Shown one piece after another: positions 58,014 through 64,000 of a DNA stretch of 64,000 nt. The notes below the pieces were generated by a model that worked only from the letters and a program-made list of their open reading frames with translations, was not told where the DNA came from and ran no database searches. Location: assembly GCA_030141605.1 (NCBI GenBank), contig JAQGDQ010000010.1, forward strand, positions 1 through 64,000. The letters are read 5' to 3'. Position numbers and translations under genes: made by a program. Position 1 is the first letter of the stretch, and each line of letters opens with the position of its first letter. The DNA is from Tubiluchus corallicola. Lineage: Eukaryota > Animalia > Priapulida.

Positions 58014-59574
58014 CTGCGCACCTTTATTTAGAACGCCATTCTGTGTGGCCATAGAAATGTTGCTTACAGTTTCATCGCAAAAAGTTAGAATACAAAGTGG
58101 CACTACAATATAAAAACTACATGAACATGATACAACGAAAACGAGATCGGCTTTACGACGAAAAACATCTCTTTATAAGGTTACATCACAGGCGAGTAAC
58201 CCAAAAATTGGAAACTATTGTTTGTTACTTTCTTTTATTTCACAGTGCTAAAAACAAGCAAAAAGATTACTATAATAGTTAGTTAAATTTAGCAGTATTG
58301 GCACACATACATTTTTGGATCATGTATTCATAAATATAAATGCTTTCATAAAAATAGTAAGCTTCGATATTGAAAATAGTAATAAGAAGTAGGTCATTAT
58401 TGCATATAAGAAATAAATTGGTCCTATGGCGGATCCTTGTGGTGCACCACAGTTTACAACCTATGTATAAAGTGAGTAAAGCATGCATTGCTCGCATAAC
58501 ATGGTTACTCTGCATATTTTCTCATATGCTGACGCAGGGCAAAAAATCAAAATTTGTAACGAAACTGGAAACTGTCGTCGTCATAGCACTATCACTAAAC
58601 CCTCGGGCTACCGTTTTTAGTATTAGCAGCTTCAAGATACAAGAATTCTGCAAACAGGCTGCTAGCTGCTAAAATACTTAGTTACATAGTACGTCCCCGT
58701 CCAAAAGACGTGGATTGGTGCCACTGCTGGGCTGTAACCGTACACCCGCCTGGGCACTACTAATGAAGTGGTAATCAATCGACGATCACTAATCACACAG
58801 CTACATGTGACACTAATTGCTCGGTTATGTGATACATACTACAGAGCGGTATCATTAAAGGACAGTCAGACTCTTTCATCTTCCCAAATGACAATTATAA
58901 CTAGTAGAGGATGAAGGCAGGATGCGAATGCTCAGAAAAGCAAAGTGCATGCAAGCTAAAGCATGATGCACACTAGGTAGTGACGCGACGAAAAATCGTA
59001 CCAATATACAAAAACCTCAGAAAGTAACAAAAGTTCTACTGCATCTGGATTTACGAATTAGCATCACCAAAGGAAAAGTAAGATGAGCTGCATTTAAACC
59101 TAGATTATAGTTTCTGGTTTGAATGATCTAGTTTCATAATCAGTTAATTACATTAGCCAACTAACAAATAAACAAACAAACAAACAAACATTGGTTTGCG
59201 GGACTGGCAAAAGAAAAAAATACAAAAATCGTGTCTTAAAATTAGCAGGTATTTTTGTTCAAATAAATTATTCGCATCTCGAGTCATATCTGCTTATGTA
59301 CATGGTAGATATAAGCATAGCTATAGCTCTTGGGCAAAGCCGTTTAACTTGAGGGCATCTTTGGCCTCGGTTAAGCCACGGTAGCTTATAGGTTAAAGTC
59401 AGGTGTATATTACTTATTGACTCAAATTTAGATAAAGGTTCCGCCGAAAATATTGTTCAAATTCGTCAAGCGGTTGGAAAATGATGTACGCGTTGGCAAA
59501 CGGACAGCACGTATGTGTGTATAACATTCAAATAATTTCAAAAAGTTTTTTGCTAAGAAAACTTGGCATAATGC

Positions 59575-60166
59575 CAGGATTGCCACCCGGTCACGAACCG
59601 AAATAAGTAGACAAGGACAAGCTTGGGAGTCTGGGTTTGGGACGGAGCTCTGGAAACCAACGCATTTTCTGTATTTAAGACATTTTGTGGGGGCTTTTTT
59701 CACAAACAAATTTCTTTTAGACCCTAAAAAAGCCTAAGTTTAAAACTTACAACAGTGTAAGCACCGTACGTCAACTTTTGGAGTTTTTTCAAGTTCCAAT
59801 ACATTTCTCAGTTCCAAAACAATAGGTTTTCGAGTTTCTGGAGATAGTTACGTGAATTAAGGCTAAAGCGGAAATATATTTGCTTGGCAGCAATTGTCGC
59901 TACAGCAAAACTTGGCAAAAATGCAGACAGGGTGAAATGATGAAACCATACAATCCTTTAAATTTTATTTTAATAAGTTTACTGTTTTACATACTGAAGA
60001 TTGTGCTGTTTTTAAGTTAGCCTTACGCACGGCTTCAAAAGTGTGCAAGTTGTAATTCAGTTTTTTCCACTTCAATTTCAATGCCATAGCTGATGGTCGA
60101 AATCATACAGATGTATGGCTGAATTTCAAGAAATTGAGCGGCCAAATCAGGAGTGTGGCAACACTA
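59575..60166. mobile_element. Possible old hAT-like MITE
   Basis: Ends CAGGATTGCCA ... TGGCAACACTA resemble CAG(G/T)GTTGCCA-type TIRs. No TSD visible. Confidence 0.3.
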
Positions 60167-61644
60167 TGAATAAGGCTGCCCCGCAGTGATTGGATGTAAC
60201 CGTATCTCTTGCAAGTGACATTACTATATACGTAACACGGTCGCACGTGTAAGTGCATAAAAACAGATAAAAATCAAACTAACTTTCTGCTCGCAGTCTG
60301 AAAATGTCCTTTTCTTTTCCTTGGGAGATCGTAACATCTGGACAGCTGAATGGGATTTCCCAGTTTTGTTCACAGACGTTGGGGAAATGGCATTTCTAAT
60401 TCCAGTATTCATCATGCACATTGTCAACGTCTAAAGTACGCCTGTATTACACTCCTTTTTTTCTAGAAATAATAAAAAAGCAATGAATTCCTGCACATTA
60501 CAGTACCCTTTTGACGTTCCTACAACTAAAACGTTTTTTGAATGTTAGGTAATAGATAGGTTTCCAGGTTGGCTGGCCCAGCACGAAGATGATTTAGTTT
60601 GCTGGTTGGTTGTTGGTCAGTTGATTGGTTGATGACTGATTTATTGGCCCACAAAGTTAAAAACTTACACTATAATCACAAAGAAGTTAGCCAATTTTTC
60701 CTTGATACATGGCACACAGCGAAATCACTGATATCAGTGAAATACACGTCCATAACTTCTTGCGAATAAACAGACATGCTTTCCCACACAAATCTAATAG
60801 TTAATTAGCAATGAACATCTTTATATGATAAATATCATCGATTTTGTTTGCTACTTCCGAATACATTTTATCAGGAAAATCAAAACTTTTCCTCTCCTTC
60901 CAGCTCTTTCAGAATTTCTACTGAAATCCATCTACAAGTTTTTGACATTTAGTGGACAAACGAACAAAAAACTAAATAAACAGGTGCATAAAAATACATC
61001 TGTCAATTTTCCCAGTTTTCAAGGGGAGCACATATTCATCCTTAACATAAAAAGAAACCAGAGAGACAAATGATGGTAAGTATAAAAACAAAGGAGCCAA
61101 AAAACATGACAGAGATTGACTTGTTTTTTTGGGTTTCAACATTAACCCCTTTTTAGGAACAAGGAAAAAATTTACGCTGTTCACAAACCCGCCGGTTAGT
61201 TGCTCTTGATTCGACTTTCCAGAACTCTTGGTTTCATTTATCAGCAACTTAATTCATACGTAATTTTGTCTCGAGTATTTCAAGTAAGCTTTATGATGTT
61301 TATACAGTGCCCCATCTAGTTTCAAAGTTTTCTTTTAAGCTTGAAATCTCCAACAAACTATAACAGGGCGAATGTATTTCCCACAGCGAAAAAACCATGG
61401 TGCATATGCCGTTAGACAACATGAAACATTTTTCGTAAATTCATAGTCATCAGTCTCCTCACGTTGGAGTTCTGTCCCGATTTCGAGAATTTGTTGTAAC
61501 CTGTCTAACGGTAGCCAGTAATGAAGGCAACATTAAAAACTCATCAGCAAAACACTAGCACTTTTTCTCTTCACAAGTCGCACCGCAGCCAAGGTCTCCT
61601 GACATTTTTTCGCATTTTTGGGTCAAGCATGACAAGGTGACAGT

Positions 61645-61682
61645 TATAAAGGGGGTGACAGCGCGACGGGCGAATTCACATC
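61645..61682 (+). promoter_or_regulatory. TATA box and initiator of the Gly-rich peptide gene
   Basis: TATAAA at 61645..61650 followed by a GC-rich spacer. YYANWYY-like TCACATC has its A at 61678, about 33 nt downstream. Confidence 0.7.
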
Positions 61683-61732
61683 CCTGTCCATAATCTGTTC
61701 ACCACGATATTGGACGTATAGCACAACCAAAG
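61678..61732 (+). other. Non-coding exon 1 (5' UTR), followed by intron 61733..62697
   Basis: Donor AAG|GTAAGA at 61733 and acceptor tcttctatttcag at 62697 directly before the ATG. Splicing gives caaccaaagATG, with A at -3. Confidence 0.7.
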
Positions 61733-62697
61733 GTAAGAGAATTGCTTTCGGTTACAGTGTGTGTTACGTATTTATTTGCACATGTTATAAGCTCTATGCA
61801 ATACAATATTTCATATGACTATATTCATTTCTTATTTCTATCGGTATCTCTAATAATTATCTGAAAAAAATTAACATCACGAATTCTTCATCAAAGAAGC
61901 GTGCATAAAAAAATAATATAAACTAACTGAGATCGAGTTAATTTTTATTTTAATTCAATTCGATTTGATCATGATCTGATTAGATTCAAGTAGTAGTGCA
62001 TAATCCATGGTAAAACAAACACAATAAATCTTTTAAGCATATTGATAGTTCTGAATTAGGCCTAATTTCTGATAAACTCTCTGATACTCTACCGTCTTAA
62101 CTAAGTTTAGGTTGGTCAAAACTTTTAGATAATTTGTACTAAACGCTATTAAATTTTGTTCATTCTTTCGTTTGCTTAACAAATTTATATTAATTTGTTT
62201 ATTTATTTACTTATTAATTAATTTATTTATTTTTATATGTTCATTTGTGTAAGCAGCCATTTATTCACTTACTCATTCGAAAGTCGCACCAGTCAGGCAT
62301 GGCAATCAATAATGATCACTAATCTTAGTTTAATTTAAAGTTTTTATTTATTTATAGTGGATTTACAAAACTCTCTGCATCTGATACAGGTATCTCCACG
62401 GTGCAAGTGCTAAGTCCTTAGTGCCAATAAAAAAATAATGGGCATCACAACGAATATCACACTTCATTTGATGAAACGCTTGGCTCAGTTACAACACTAA
62501 TATAATGATTAAAGTTATATACACGAACAGCATAAAGACAACATTTTTAATAACATCTGACAGTAATAATAAAAATACAATTACAAAGTAAGTTGACAGA
62601 TTAGTCATAGAACAGTAAATTTCTATTGTACTGCAAAGCGATTTAATAAACTGTTGTAACAAATTGTGGAAAATAAATAACCAATCTTCTATTTCAG

Positions 62698-62955
62698 ATG
62701 CTGAAATTGGCAGTTTTAGCAACTCTGTTAGTGGTTGCTAGTGCAGGAAGCCTGGCTTTCCGCCGAGGATATCCTAGATATGGTCACATAGGCTATGGTG
62801 CTTTAGGACTAGGAGGATACCATGGTCGACTGGGCGGGTATGGACTGGGTGGATATGGATTAGGTGGTTACAGTCTGGGCGGTTACGGGTTGGGAGGTTT
62901 TGGTTACGGTCACGGCGGTTACGACGGTTACAGACTTCGTAAGTACCACATTTAA
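62698..62955 (+). CDS. Secreted Gly/Tyr-rich peptide, 85 aa (shematrin/KRMP-like matrix protein or Gly-rich antimicrobial peptide-like)
   Basis: Signal peptide MLKLAVLATLLVVASA, repeated GLGGY/GGYG units encoded with varied codons (so not a microsatellite), a basic C-terminus RLRKYHI, and a full promoter/intron/polyA context. Confidence 0.9.
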   Translation: MLKLAVLATLLVVASAGSLAFRRGYPRYGHIGYGALGLGGYHGRLGGYGLGGYGLGGYSLGGYGLGGFGYGHGGYDGYRLRKYHI

Positions 62956-63272
62956 AAATCAATGCAAAATTAATTATACCCAAAACTAAGCGAAAATTAA
63001 TGAACCTAAGGGTAAACGAACTAAATGAGTTAAGAACCCTTTACAACTAAATGAGTCACTAAACAGAGTAACTTACTCCAATATGCCCATGTTCATAGTT
63101 TAATTGTATCGTGTTTTTTCATGATCTGTCTTGTTTAATTATGTTTTTGTCAGGGCGCGTATGCGTAAATATAATTTAGTAGTTTCTATTGAAATTTTTA
63201 TAAAAACTAGTATAGCTGGGTGTCTATTTTATTTAATGCTATGTACTTTTTAAATGTATGAAATAATTTTAA

Positions 63273-63278
63273 AATAAA
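63273..63278 (+). terminator. Probable polyadenylation signal of the Gly-rich gene
   Basis: AATAAA about 320 nt after the stop codon, in an AT-rich 3' UTR. Confidence 0.55.
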
Positions 63279-63934
63279 AAAGAATAATAATTAATTTATA
63301 CCGTCTTTACTGTCCAACGTCTATACTCGTGGCTGCCTATAGTTTTACTGCCTGCTGTGAACAAACTAGTTTAGTAGTACCGTAGCATTAGTTTAATGTA
63401 AATTCAGTATTAGTTTAATTAGTGGAATAGTAGAATGACAGACTTGTAGACTAGGCGATTAGCTAACTAATTACATAACTGTAAATAAAAGGAAACTACT
63501 GAATTACTAGTGTGCCTTCAACGGCAAGTTATTCAACTGTGATTAACACAAAATAACGTTTGCTCCTCCACCTTACCATCTTCTGTTTATATTTCGAATG
63601 ACGATGGTAAAATATTTTAAACCTTGTCGTGCAAATAATGTTCTTAATAGCACTAGTAGTTTTTTTGTATTATTAAGAGATCAATTTAAGGTTGGTTCAC
63701 TTTGGAAGCTACTGTAAAATTTAAATCGCGCATGTTACGTACTCAAATGTCCCTTTTTACCAGTAATTCGTTTATTTGCCGTTGCTTTTTGTTTGCAGAA
63801 AACTATTAGCACATTATAGAAGTAAAAGGGTTAATATGTGCAGCAATCAAAAAGCTTCTTAAAAATAATAGCAAAAAGTGGAAAAACAACTAGCCTGAAC
63901 TTACAAATTGTTCACGCTTTCTTTAAGTTTTTGG

Positions 63935-64000
63935 AGATGGTGACGATGACGGCGACGATGGCGATGCTGACGAAGGCGATGATGGTGGTGATGCAGAAGA
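63935..64000. repeat. Degenerate (GAT/GAC/GGC)n tract running off the window end
   Basis: Seen directly. Confidence 0.7.

Overview
AT-rich, non-coding-dominated eukaryotic DNA, most likely from a bilaterian invertebrate. It contains GA/AAT/GAT microsatellites, decayed LINE 3' ends, MITE-like elements, GT-AG splice signals and CTCF-like motifs. Only one protein-coding gene is well supported: a two-exon secreted Gly/Tyr-rich peptide gene at about 61.6-63.3 kb. The most striking structure is in the first 12 kb, where three near-identical segments are re-used in a different order and orientation: A-B(inv)-C(inv)-D-C-E-A-F-B. The resolvable junctions carry 5-7 bp microhomology, one junction has clustered small indels, and one copy of A has a ~146 bp, ~80%-identical, transition-rich patch inside otherwise identical sequence. 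This fits a template-switch (FoSTeS/MMBIR, DUP-TRP/INV-DUP-like) event with gene conversion, but an amplification or long-read chimera cannot be excluded from sequence alone. The remaining ~50 kb looks like a gene desert or large intron with many enhancer-like motif islands. Coordinates and identities were read by eye and need computational confirmation.
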